A DNA stretch of 56,023 nucleotides, counting the filler, from Jimgerdemannia flammicorona (lineage: Eukaryota): the NCBI GenBank assembly GCA_003990765.1. It is 2 parts of 2 records of this genome, joined end to end, with 100 filler letters (N's around TTAATTAATTAA, not from the genome) between each part and the next. Parts side by side here need not be neighbours in the genome. Positions count along the whole stretch, not along the records: positions 1 to 27,973 come from RBNJ01000590.1; 1 more part is not named here. One strand, given 5' to 3'. Numbering within the stretch: the stretch's first letter is position 1; every line of letters begins with the position of its first letter. The notes beneath the pieces are model-generated. The model had not been told where the DNA came from, made no database searches, and saw only the letters and a list, made by a program, of their open reading frames with translations. Below, in pieces: positions 1-10,963 of the stretch. The position numbers and the translations under genes are program-made.

Positions 1-493
1 AATCGGTAGTATAAGGCAGTCTTGGTCCTGGTGTGGTGAAAGTCGGTAGAGTTGAGCCACTTGGCTACAGAGGCTTGGGCTTCATGAGGAACTAAGGCTA
101 GAAAGACTGCTGCTGGTTGTCCTAGGTCGCTCGGATTTGTGGAGCTGACAAAACTCTTGTTGAGAAGAGTAAAGAAGGCTTCAATAAGACCTTCTTCATC
201 TTGACTTGCTGGGTGTAGTGCAAGGAGTTCAGTGAATAGGGTTTCGCCTATTTGCTGGTTTAACCGGAGTACTTCTTTCTTTGAATGAAGTTTATCCCAC
301 TTGTTGCAGGTGTGGAGGTCAAATTGTCCTTGTATGTCAGGTTCAATTCTCTCTAAATTGTCAGATGGTTCAGGATAAATTCCAGTTCAGAGGTTGGGCT
401 TTATACCAACTTGTAGGAATTCTCAGAAGAGTTTGTAGCGGGGTGAGGAAGCGTCTTGAAGCAGAATTGGATTATAAACCGCTGTTACCAAGT
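1..493 (-). mobile_element. 5' internal region (leader/start of gag) of LTR retrotransposon 'D'; continues beyond the window start
   Basis: Lies directly after the LTR end (minus strand ...CTCTTACA|ACT|TGG) and a primer-binding site. Confidence 0.6.
478..490 (-). promoter_or_regulatory. Primer-binding site, probably tRNA-Leu
   Basis: Minus strand TGGTAACAGCGGT, 3 nt after the LTR CA. Two G>A changes from TGGTGGCAGCGGT, the complement of a eukaryotic tRNA-Leu 3' end. Confidence 0.6.
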
Positions 494-2524
494 TGTAAGA
501 GGGTTACTTTTTAGGGTGACCATTACATAGTTCTGGAAGGGTTTTCTGGAGGTTCTGGATATTCTGGAAGACCGTTTTCTTATAGTCAAGATCAATAATG
601 TATGGAGTACATCCTCTACGCTTATTGATTTCAAGATCGGGTTGACATCTCAACCAAAGTCCTTTTTTCTGGACTAGTTCTAGATGTTCAGGATTTTCTG
701 TATTTCAGGAAGTTCAAGAAACTAAGACCAGCTTAGTTGAATTGGCGTATTGCTGCAGACAATACCCAATTAGGAAATTTCGTGACAGGGTTAGGAGTAG
801 GACCTAACAGGAAGTGGATTTACTTAAGAGTGGTTTGTGGGTTATGGAATAGGTTTATTCGCTATTCATGATATTGCTATACTAGTAGTAGTTGTGTAAA
901 GGGATATTATGGGGAAGTATTCAGGAATGTTCTTGTGTGTTTGAGTCTGAGATTCTGAGGTCTGGGGGAGGGGGTACTTATACTAGTGAGGGGCTATCTG
1001 GACTATGCTAGATATGGATGTAGCACTAAGTGCTTTGCTGAGTCAGAATGCAGTCACGTAGTACAAGTGTGATCTGATATGTCAAGAGATTGTCTGGCTG
1101 CTGAGTCAGTTCACAGTCATGTTGTACAATACTAATCTAACTATACTATGACTGCTAGGCTATTTATGGGTTTAGGCGCTGTCTGGGTAGTCTTTGATGA
1201 CATCACCATTGATTGCATCATCTCTGATGAAGTAGTCATCTAGGAATAATGGTTCGCGGATTACTTCTCCTTGTTTGCTGAGGTAATAATACATTGGGAC
1301 TTCGTCTCCATCCCATAGAATAGCATTGTCTGTCTTGTAGACTGGATAAGGTGTTGGTGGGCAAAGGATTGGTATATTGTCTTCGCTTTCATCGGATTCA
1401 CTGTCTGCATACCTTCTATTGGTTACAGCACTATGAGTTGCAGGATTGTAGTAAGCTGGTGGCTGTGGTTCATGTTGCTCATACTCAGGTGGTGGAGTGG
1501 TTGGTTCAATCTCGAGGGTTGTCTGGAGGTACAGATTGTGTTCTCCGGTCTCCTCATTGTAGTTGAAGTAGTTGGGGATGAACACAGGTTGGTATTCGTG
1601 CCAGTGGTCATTGTCTCAATAAGTCTCATATGTAGTTATGAACTGTTGTAAGTTCATTGGCAAGATTGGTGGAGTGATCAGGGTTGGCAGAGATCCTTGG
1701 CTAGAGGTCATGTTGGCATCAGAGGGATCATTGTCTTCTGTTTCATCTTCGTCAAAGTGGATTATATCATAGACATCCTTCATGGCATATCCAACTTGAG
1801 GCATTTGCAGGATATGGTCATCAGGGTGTGGGAAGGTTCTATCTGTGGTCTGGACATATTCGAGGTACTTGTGGTTGAGTTCTTGTGTCATGTCGTCAAT
1901 TTGGCCATAAGACAGGGTAGTAACCATTTTGCTGGTAGTGACTCGGAGGCGGGGAATAAAGGTGTTGTACTCATAAAAGAGTTCTCAGTGTTTGCAGGTG
2001 ATGAGCTTCTGGTGTTGAGACATCTGAGTAATGTCTGTATCATGGTGGTGTTCAACCATATCTTCCAGGAGCAGCCAATCTGGTAGTAGCTTGAGATTTG
2101 TCCAATTCGGTGGGCCTCGCTGAGCATGTTCAGAGCATTCCATTGGGCTTCCATGAAGTAGAGGGGTGCTAGGCTATGGATATTCATGAGGGGCAGAGGG
2201 GGTGTAGCTCAGTTGACAATGGCATTTCAAATGTCAGCGCGGATATGGTTGTAGATCTCAGTGGTCATGTTTGTGTGTTTGGAAGTTGTGGTTGTTGTTT
2301 GTTTTGGTTCTCTGATTCGACGCGTCTCGGTGCTTGGTATATATGCATTTGGTCCTGATTAGTAAGATTCCGTTTGTGTAAACCTTGTATTCTGTGACTT
2401 CGTATTGACTCAGCTTTGTGCACTGTGACTTTGGTTTGACTCAGCTTCGTGATTAAGCAGGTGATTTCCAGATTTGTTCAGAGGTCGCATGTAATTTTGG
2501 TGGCTTTGAGGTTGTGCACTTACA
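494..2524 (-). repeat. Long (2031 bp) 5' LTR of element D, inserted into the RT gene of element A
   Basis: Inverted termini TGTAAG (494) and CTTACA (2524). PBS on one side; element A RT stops abruptly on the other. An independent decayed copy at 55340 starts at exactly the 494 boundary. TATA-like TATAAG near 980 (minus) and TGAGTCA motifs near 1038 and 1102. Confidence 0.8.
1172..2268 (-). pseudogene. Decayed ORF of about 365 codons, unknown function, inside the LTR (U3 side)
   Basis: AAACATG start at 2268 (MTTEIYNHIRADI...). Track ORFs 1616-1927 and 1172-1585 are in the same frame, separated by one TGA. The internal stops are TGA (compatible with CGA>TGA), plus one frameshift near 2095. Confidence 0.6.
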
Positions 2525-3070
2525 ATCAGGCAGTAGTGGATCAGGGAGGTATAGACTGAGTTCATCATCTTCTGGAAGGTGGGGGGTATATTGCAGAGTC
2601 CAAAGGGTATTTGGAGGTATTCAAACAGTTTTCCTAGAGCAAGAAAGACTGTCTTTTGAATGTCCTTGGGGTCCATGGGGATCTCATGGAATCCTGCAAA
2701 GAGGTCTATACTGCTGAAGTATCTGGTATCTTGTAACTGATCCAAAAGGTCATCAATTCTGGGCAAAGGAGAGGCATCCTTTTTGGTGACTGAATTGAGT
2801 TTCCTGTAATCTACACAGAGTCTCCATCCTCCTTTCTTTGGTACAATAAGTATAGGACTGGCCCAGGGGCTGGTAGAGGGTTGGATGACTCCATTGTCTA
2901 GGAGTTCTTGAATGTGTTCTTTTTCGAATGTTTTTAAGTGATGGGGTATTCTATAGGGTTTCTGACAAATAGGTGTTGCATTTCCTGTATTTATGCTGTG
3001 ATGATATGATGGATTGTATGGCAGGTTATCATAATCAGTAGTGAAGATATCTTGATATTTATTGAGAAGT
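2525..3070 (-). pseudogene. Reverse transcriptase N-terminal half (gypsy type), truncated by the LTR insertion
   Basis: VIQPSTSPWASP...WRLCVDYRKLN...PRIDDLLDQL...PFGLCNIPPTFQ. Homology ends at CLIV|, at the LTR terminus. Confidence 0.9.
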
Positions 3071-3559
3071 TCTACTAGTTGTTGCTATTGTTGGGATGTC
3101 AATTCTTCTCCAATATTGGTGGAAGGCTTCACTGTTCCTGGGTCGCAGAGGGGCCTTTCCTTTCTTCAGAGACCTTTTGCTATTTCCTGATAGGTTTAGT
3201 TTGTAAACTTCCCTATGAGTTCGGTTGAGAAAAGGCACCAGATGTCCTATGATGGTTCCTTTCAGCAAGATGATGGTCTCCCAACTTTGGTTGGTTGCTT
3301 GGGAGTGTACTGGATTCATCTTATCAGAGAATGTATATCCCTCTATGTCCAGGTGTGGGATATCTTCCTTGGGTTCAAAGAAAAGGTTTCTGGGGTCCAG
3401 TGGTGCAAAGATTTCGAAGGTAGTTTATTCTCTAGGCTCCAGGATGAGATTCTTGTGCAGTCTGACTGGTTGCCAGTACACTTGCTGGAGAATATTCCTC
3501 TTGAGGTAGTTGACTTGAAGGAGGTATACTTCCTTCTTATCTGAACTTCCAAATCCTTT

Positions 3560-3950
3560 GGCTTATCTTGTTCCTTCAGTCAGTTCAGATACTTCTTGTA
3601 ATTGCAGGGTTCTGATCTTCATAAAGACTGCTTGGGCAATCTTCTGTCCTCTAATGATTCAGTGCCATTCTGTACTACTGTTGTGTAGAATGACCTTGAT
3701 TTCACCTATATATCCTGGGTCAATGGTTCCTCCTTCTACAGTTATTCCTTGTCTGGCAAGTCCAGACCTTGAGGTCAGTTGGATATAAGCTCCTTAGGGT
3801 GGCTGTATAGCTAATCCAGTTCTGATCATGAAGGTTTTTCCAGGCTTGATAGATTTATCCTCCAGACTGTGGAGATCATATCCTACATCCTCTGGGTGGG
3901 CTTTGGTCAGGGGTTTGGCCTTGGAATGCAGCAGGGCATACTGGGCAATG
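3560..3950 (-). pseudogene. dUTPase domain of element A pol
   Basis: Manual translation gives DVGYDLHS, TGLAIQPP, TSRSGLARQGI, GGTIDPGYIGEIKVIL and IAQAVF, the trimeric dUTPase motifs. Confidence 0.85.
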
Positions 3951-5110
3951 TCCTTACTGAGTTTGGGCTGACCTAAGGCTGAAGCTCTACTAGCAGAGAG
4001 CCTCCAAGCTCTAAGGTTGAGGTGTGGCCATCTGGCTCCAGTAGAGGGGTCTTAGAGATAGTTAATTCCTCTCTTTTCTGTAGGGTCTAGGGTCTCCATG
4101 AAGTTGGTGGTATCTTCTACCCATCTTTGGCAGGTCACATGTCTGATAAGAGCTAGGATGTCTTCCCCTAAATCATAGATCTTGAGAGTCCTTCTTCCTA
4201 GCTTCTTGGTCTTGTTTTTTGGATCTGGCCTCTGTTGTCTCCTCTCTTTAAAGTATGGATTGCAACATCATTACTGAGGTAAATCTTCTGATGTCTGCAG
4301 TCTCAGCAGTCTGGGTGTCTTCTATGGTTGCAATATCCCATTGCTTGAAAATGATATTCCCAGTTGTTGATCTCTTATTGTCTTGAGAATCAGTACCCGT
4401 CTTGGTCATAAGGTGGTAAAAGAGTAGACAAGGGGTATACTTCTGTCCAGGTAAAGGCCTTGTCCTCTGAATCAGCTTTACAATTTGGTAGTAACTTCTT
4501 GGAAGGTAGTTGACTGTGCAACTGTGTTTGGAGGTTCTGGTCTCTGGGGTCTCTGTCTCTTCTGTTGGTCTCATAGATGGCACTGATAGCAGTAGTCTCG
4601 GGGAGAGTGGAATACTATTTGGTGTGAATATCTTCCTAGCCGAAAAGCCTTTTCTTGGTGAGTTTCTTTCTTGGGGATAATGGAGATTATGCTGGGTCCT
4701 TCTTCAATATTCCAAGGGTCATTGTCTTCAGGTGGTGTCCAGCAAGGGTCATCTCAGGGAATGAGTTCAGAGATCTCTTCTTCTTCAGGTGCTTCTTGTT
4801 CAGGAACTTCTTGGTCAGAAGTTTCTTCTTCCTCAGATGATTCTTGATCCCAAATTGCTTGTACTTCTGCAGCTTCAGCTGCAGGTGTTTCTGGAACATG
4901 TCTGCATTTCTTCTTCTTCTTTCTACACTCTGGGCAGGCTGTGCCAGGCAAATTCCATGTCCCAATGATCTTGGAGAAGTGCTTGAGATATTTGTATCTC
5001 TTGAGGCAGATGGGGCATCCTTTGATTTCTCCTGCAATAGCTCCAATAGTAATGGGGACAATATTCTTGGCCCGCACATTGTCTTCTGGTCTGTCATTCA
5101 CCAGGTTAAT

Positions 5111-5692
5111 TCAGGGATTGAGTCTGGGATCATTTCCATCTTCACACTCTTCCTCTTCTTCTGTGGTGGATTTTTCACTGCTAGCATATTCCTCCTGAAT
5201 AGTAACCTTCTTCTTCTTTTTCAATTGCTTATAGCTGGTCACCTTAACTCTGTACTTCTTACCTTGGTAGTCAAACTTAAGTACTTGTTGACCAATATCA
5301 ACAACTGCATTCATTTCCTTCATCCAGTTGGTACCAAGAATCATATCATAGGTGACAGCTTCTGTAATAACAGCTTTGAGGATGGAGAACTGAATGTGTC
5401 CAAGAGAGATGGTAATATTTTGTACTTCTCCAAGGGGTTGAGTTTGGGCTCCATCTGCTACTATGATGCTGAGGTTGGATGGTCCATCAATGAGCCATTG
5501 GAGGGTGTCCAGAAATCGTTTGGCAATGATACAGACAGCTACTCCTGTATCTATGAGGATTTTTGCTTTTTGTCCTCCAATATCTCTATGTAAATAGATG
5601 CTGACATGTCTTTCCATGGCCTGAATAGGAATGGAAGCTGGTTCCTGCTGTGGGATGGGAACTTGGCCAGTGCTAGACCTGGTGGTTCTCAA
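5111..5692 (-). pseudogene. Retroviral-type aspartic protease of element A
   Basis: KILIDTGVAV and YDMILGTNWM in the track ORF. Confidence 0.85.
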
Positions 5693-7648
5693 TAATTTGT
5701 TTTAGACTGCAGCTGGTGTTAGTTGCAGGAACTGCAGGAGAGAGGCTTCTATCTTGGCTTCTTAAATCTTCTGCCAGACTTCATTATGGATGTCTCTAGG
5801 CATGGTTTTTGGGGTGTACTTCTTATTGGGCTTGGAAGCAGCAGGTTCCCATTCTTCTTGTTCTATTTCTTCATCTTCTGGTGGCAGCTCATTTGTTTCA
5901 GGGACAAATGGAGAGGGAGTTCAGAGAGGAGTTTCTACCTGCTCCTCCTCATGCTCTTCATCTTCTTCTTGGATGATTCTTCTGCTGATGTTCCTAGATG
6001 GCCTTCCAATAGGTCTCTTCCTCTTCTCTACTGGATAGACTGTTTTTCAGGTAGTGATCTTGGTAGGGTACAAGTCTAGGTCACTGTAGTTTTCACTGTT
6101 GCTTATTTCCTCGAAATATTCAACAGGATGGGCTTCAGCTTCCTGTACTGAGTGTTGTTCCTTTGGTTTGATGGTTCTGAGTCCCTTCAGTCACTTCTTT
6201 TGTTGTCACATTCAGTGGCATAGTGTCCAAATTGTCCACAGTGAAAGCATTGAACTTGAGCTCTGTCTTGGACAGGATATCTTCTTTCTTCTTACTGGTA
6301 ATTCCTGTTATCTTTTGGTGAATAGCCTTGGCTCCTCTGTGGTGGGTATCCTCTGTTGTCTTGATAACTCCAATTTTCATATGTGGTGAGTTTTTCAAAT
6401 TGTCCAACCAATTGGTCCAACTTGGAGCTGAGGTCTTGGATTTCACTTCTGTTCTTTTTTCCTTCCTTGGCTGGTCTTCTTTCTTCAGACCTTTCTTATC
6501 CTTGGAGGAGTCCTTGTAGTGCTTTGACCAGGGTGTCTTTTTTGTCTTCTTTCTTATCATGATCACTCCAGGTAGTTTCTTGTCTAATATCAAAGAATTC
6601 TTGGACTGCATCTACTTACTCTTCAGACCTTCTAATGCCTAGGGTGCAGATATGCTGGGCAATGTTTGGGGGAATTCCATTCATAAAGATCATTGGACCT
6701 ATGATGTCCTGGTTGGTGACATTGAACCCAGCAGCATGCATTCTCTTCTGGATTCTTATGAAGAAGGCTCTAGGTAATTCTCTAAGATTCACCTTCATCT
6801 CTATGATGGATTCTTGAGCCTTGTGGTGGGTTTCATTTCCTGCATACTTTTCAATGAGCCAGTGGACCATGACCACATATTCTAGCTCATAAGACATTGC
6901 TGCTTATATCTTTCTCATCAATTCTGAATCAGAGGTATCTGCTGTTTGGTGGAAAATTCCTCTGGCTGGTTCTCTGAGCTGTGCCTTGTAGATGGTGATT
7001 TTTCTTTCATCTAAGAGATTCCTCAGGGCTGCAATTCCTTCAATTCCATCAAGAAATTCTCTGGGGTCTTCCTCTGGGTATCCTGCAAAGGTTGGCAATG
7101 AGGTGGTCATTTCATCATCACTTTCTTCTAATTCTGGTTCTGGTTCAGATTCTGATTCTGATTCACTTTCTGAGCTGTCACTAGAGATGAGGGTACTTGG
7201 ATATCTTAAGGATGGTGCTCTGGGCCTTGGATGAAGTGGAATAAGCCTAGGTATTCTTATAGGAGCTACTTCTAATTCTGCAAGAGGTTGTGATAAGAGT
7301 TCTATTAGTGAGATTGATGGGACTGATATGGGGTATCTGGCTGTAAGATCTTGGGCTTGTGTAATAAGATCTTCTAGTTCTTGTACAAGTTCTTCAAAAT
7401 CTCCAGCAGGGCTACCAGTATTGTCTGGTTGATCTGGTTGGGGATTTTGAGCTGTACTGCCTTCTGGTTCTAGTTGGGATCCTTCTGATACTGGGTAGTT
7501 TGTAAGTCTTGATGTGATTACTTCTCTTTCTGTCCAGATGCTGGTGATAACTGATTCTCCTGTAGTGGCAGAGGTTGATGTTGTATCAAATGTATCCAGT
7601 TTGACTGTGGGTTCTTATGAGCTAAAAAGTCACATCGATTTGAAATCT

Positions 7649-7665
7649 TCTCAGTTGAGCCCCCA
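7649..7665 (-). promoter_or_regulatory. Primer-binding site, tRNA-Pro type
   Basis: TGGGGGCTCAACTGAGA, 2 nt after the LTR end. Resembles the classic tRNA-Pro PBS TGGGGGCTCGTCCGGGA. Confidence 0.7.
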
Positions 7666-7667
7666 AA

Positions 7668-8990
7668 TATAATATATCTAACTCAATGGAGGCAAATTAC
7701 AAGATTGGAGGTTGATGTAGTTTGGCTTGAGCCCCCAGTTACTTTGTCAAAAAGCAATAAAATATTCTAAGATTTCTGTGGTCCTTGATATTCAGTAGTA
7801 TAATAGTCAAAGCTGAATATCTGCAAGCAATTTTCTTATTGAGATAGTTCTCTGAGTATAGTAGCAATTTGTATATCTTTTCCTTTCTTGGGTCAATCTG
7901 GAAATTGGTGGAATTTTGTATGTAGTGTGATGATCTCTGCATGATGATCCTGTATAGTACAAGCAGATTCCTTATATAGTGTAATCTGGCAATCTGGCAG
8001 ATAACTTGATTTGGTGCAGGTTCTTCTAACTGAGAATAAGGCTGGCAGTGGATAACTCGATAACTTGGGCTCACTGGAAACAATAGGTAACTCAGATGAC
8101 ATGAATCAGGCTCTTCTGGGAATATGAATAACTCAAAAATGGTGGATGACATGGATTCTCCTGAATTGGCAGGCTTCTGGGAATTAACTTAGATAGCATA
8201 GATTCTTCTGAATTAGTGGCTTCAACTGGGAATACTACTAGCAGCTTCTTGGAAAGGGTCTCTTAGCAAAGTTGTGTCAAAGACTGGCTTTGTTTGTATG
8301 AATGGACCACTGCAAAGTTGCATCAGAAACTGGCTTGAGCAAGGTGGCTTTCTGGGAATGTGGCAAATAACTTAGAAATGGCAGCAAAGTTCTCCTTGAA
8401 CTTGGTAGCAAACTTGGATTCTTCAGGCTTAGTCTGGCAAGTGTACCATAGTGCAGCTTATTCCTTAAGCAGCAGGTTCTTCAGGCTTAGTCTGGCAAGT
8501 ATACCAATAATTCCAAAAGCAGCGAAGTTCTTCACTTGAACTTGGTGGCAAAATCTTCAAGCTTTGTATCAGAAAGTGGACCAGAGTGGGAATAAGGAGA
8601 CCAATGCTCAATCTTTAGAGGCTTCTTTGGTTTGCACTTCAATTCAGACTGAGGTTTATTCACTCTTATCTCTGGGGTAATTTATACATTGTGGTTGCTA
8701 TAGGTTACTATGTTGCTAACTATAGGCTTGCTACCTATGGCAGGTGTACAGAGTCTGTACGGTGTACAGGACCTGTACAGTGTACAGAGTCTGTATGGTG
8801 GACAGTGTCTGTATAGGTAAACAGACCCTTTCTGATATGTCTGGCTAATTATAAGTGTGGCAGGCATGAGTAACTATGATACACTGGTAGTCATATCATG
8901 CTGGGAGCCTATGTCATCTGGTTAAGTATGCTAATTGTTCACATCATCTGGTTAAGTTATAATTCGGGTGGTACATTTTGGTTTGTTACA
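7668..8990 (-). repeat. 5' LTR of element A
   Basis: Aligns end to end with 9187-10389. Start TATAATATATCTAACTC is a transition-mutated TGTAATGTGCCTGGCTC; ends TGTTACA. Confidence 0.85.
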
Positions 8991-9186
8991 CTAGAGACAA
9001 CAACATCATCTATTCTCAAGAAAAGGAAAATATGGGGATTCACCTTTATGGCAATGTCATAGAACCTGCTGGCATCTTACTAGATATAATATACACTCCA
9101 GAAATTGGTAAAAACCTTTTTTTAATAAGAAAGATGATGTCCTGCAGCAATAAAGAAATATATATAAATACAAAAAGTGCAACTAT

Positions 9187-10389
9187 TGTAATGTGCCTGG
9201 CTCAATGGAGGCAAATTACAAGGTTGGGGGGTAGATGTAGTTTGGCTTGAGCCCCCAGTTACTTTGTTAAAAAGCAACAAAATGTTCTAAGATTCCTGGT
9301 ATCCCTGTTGGTGTTTAGTGGTATAATAGTCAAAGCTGGATATTTGCGAGCGATTTGTGTGTCGATTTCCTAATTGGGACGGTTCTCTGGGTGTAGCGGC
9401 GATTTGTGAATGGGTTTCCTTCTTGGGTCAACTGGGAATTGGTAGAATTTCGACGGTCTGGCAATTTTAGCGGTTCTCCTTCTTGAGTGGCGGGCGATCT
9501 CTGTGTAGCGCGAACAGGTTCCTTATGCAGTGCGATCTGGCAATTTGGCAGTTTCCTTATGCGATTTCTGGCGGGTGACTTGATTTAGGCGCGGCTTCCC
9601 TGAAACGGCGGCTTACTGGAATAATACTGGCGGCGGATAACTTCAATAACTCGGGCTCACTGGGAACAAACTAATAACTCGGATGTCGCGGATAATTTGG
9701 GTTAGCGGGTAATTCGGATGACTCGGGTAACTCGGATGTCGCAGATTCTTCTTATCCGGCGGCTCTCTGGGAAATAGCTCGGATGGCGTGGATTCTTCTG
9801 GGAATGCGGATAACTTGGAAACGGCGGCGAAGTTCTTCCTTGAACTTGGCGGCAAACTCGGATTCTTCAGGCTTATCTGGCAAGCGAACCAAAAACGGAC
9901 TCGTTCTTTATATCGGAAAGTGGACCAGAGTGGGAAAGGGGCAAAGCTCACAATCTCCTAGTAGTGGCTGTAGAGCAGGCATTTCTCCTAAGTGTTGCAA
10001 TCCTTCCTGGATCAAGTGGCTTTTGGCAGGCATATCTCTCAAAGTTAGTAGGCAGACTTGTCTTTTGCTTTGTGTTTCGGAACTGAGGTTTATTCACTCT
10101 TGTCTCTGGGGTATTTTATACAGTTGTGGTTGCTACTGGTTACTACATTGCTAACTATAGATTGCTATTTGTAGTAAGTGTGTAAGGTCCACATGGGTGT
10201 GTGGATTCCACACAGGTGTGCAGATTCCACACAAGTGTACTGGTTCCACACAGATATACCTTATCTGGTAGTCTGGCTATTTATACAGTTTTCTGCATCA
10301 ATGGTTGCTATGTTATCTGGTTAAGTTACTAATTGTTCATGTCATCTGGCTAAGTTATAATTCAAGTGATATGTTTTTGGCTTATCACA
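9187..10389 (-). repeat. Solo LTR of the element A family with 4-bp TSD CTAT
   Basis: TG...CA termini. CTAT at 9183-9186 and 10390-10393. Copia coding sequence resumes across it. Confidence 0.88.
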
Positions 10390-10715
10390 CTATATATGAT
10401 TTAAAGGATAATGAGGTGATGACTACTTCAAAAAATAATAATCTCTATATTATCAATAAGATGCCAAATAGTATAAAAGTCTTAGTATATATAACAATAA
10501 CTTTGATTGATGCATTAAATATATATAGCATTAATACCTGAGAAATATCAGTAGAATGAGCCTCAAACATATGATAAGAAATAGATCTATTAGTAGATTT
10601 TCACCAAACATATACTCTAGAAACAATTTCTTCTATAAAGAATATATAATGAATATAGTATCTCAATAACTATTCAAGGAATGATTAAAGCATATGTCTG
10701 GGATCCTTGACCTTA

Positions 10716-10963
10716 TATCTCTTTAACTGTTTTACACCTATATTTAGAGGCAAGATTTTAAAAGTTTATAACTTTTAAAATCATAATAGCTTTTTAAAAA
10801 AAAATTTACCAATAATTTTTTATATAATAATTCTACCTTTGGTAAAAATTTTATAAAAAAAAAAAATAATTTTTTTAAACAAATTGAGTAATATTTTTAT
10901 CAGAAAAATAATGTTTCAAAAAAATCATTTTTTTCAACAATCTTATCTATAGTCAAAGGGATA
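10716..10963. mobile_element. MITE inserted in the copia integrase
   Basis: 13-bp TIRs TATCTCTTTAACT / AGTCAAAGGGATA (2 transition mismatches). AT-rich interior is homologous, in inverted orientation, to 37433-37700. Confidence 0.7.

Larger units (their letters stand above)
2525..8990 (-). mobile_element. Ty3/gypsy LTR retrotransposon 'A', degenerate: LTR-PBS-gag-protease-Cys-rich spacer-dUTPase-RT (interrupted)
   Basis: Gag with FAGYPEEDPREFL and a decayed zinc knuckle. Protease ILIDTG...YDMILG. dUTPase motifs. RT LPRIDDLLD...FSSIDL...PFGLCN cut just before YxDD. Confidence 0.9.

Noticed and set aside
3070..3550. Possible second degenerate dUTPase-like fold before RT (ILEPRE...LLKGTIIGHL)
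   Set aside because: Only vague resemblance and no catalytic motifs; it needs a profile search.
4844..5593. 249-aa plus-strand ORF and similar antisense ORFs (22253-22816, 22955-23584)
   Set aside because: Shadow frames opposite gag/pol sequence, with no independent motifs.
8744..8815. Short spaced repeats as a CRISPR-like array
   Set aside because: Contiguous tandem units without unique spacers, inside an LTR of a eukaryote.
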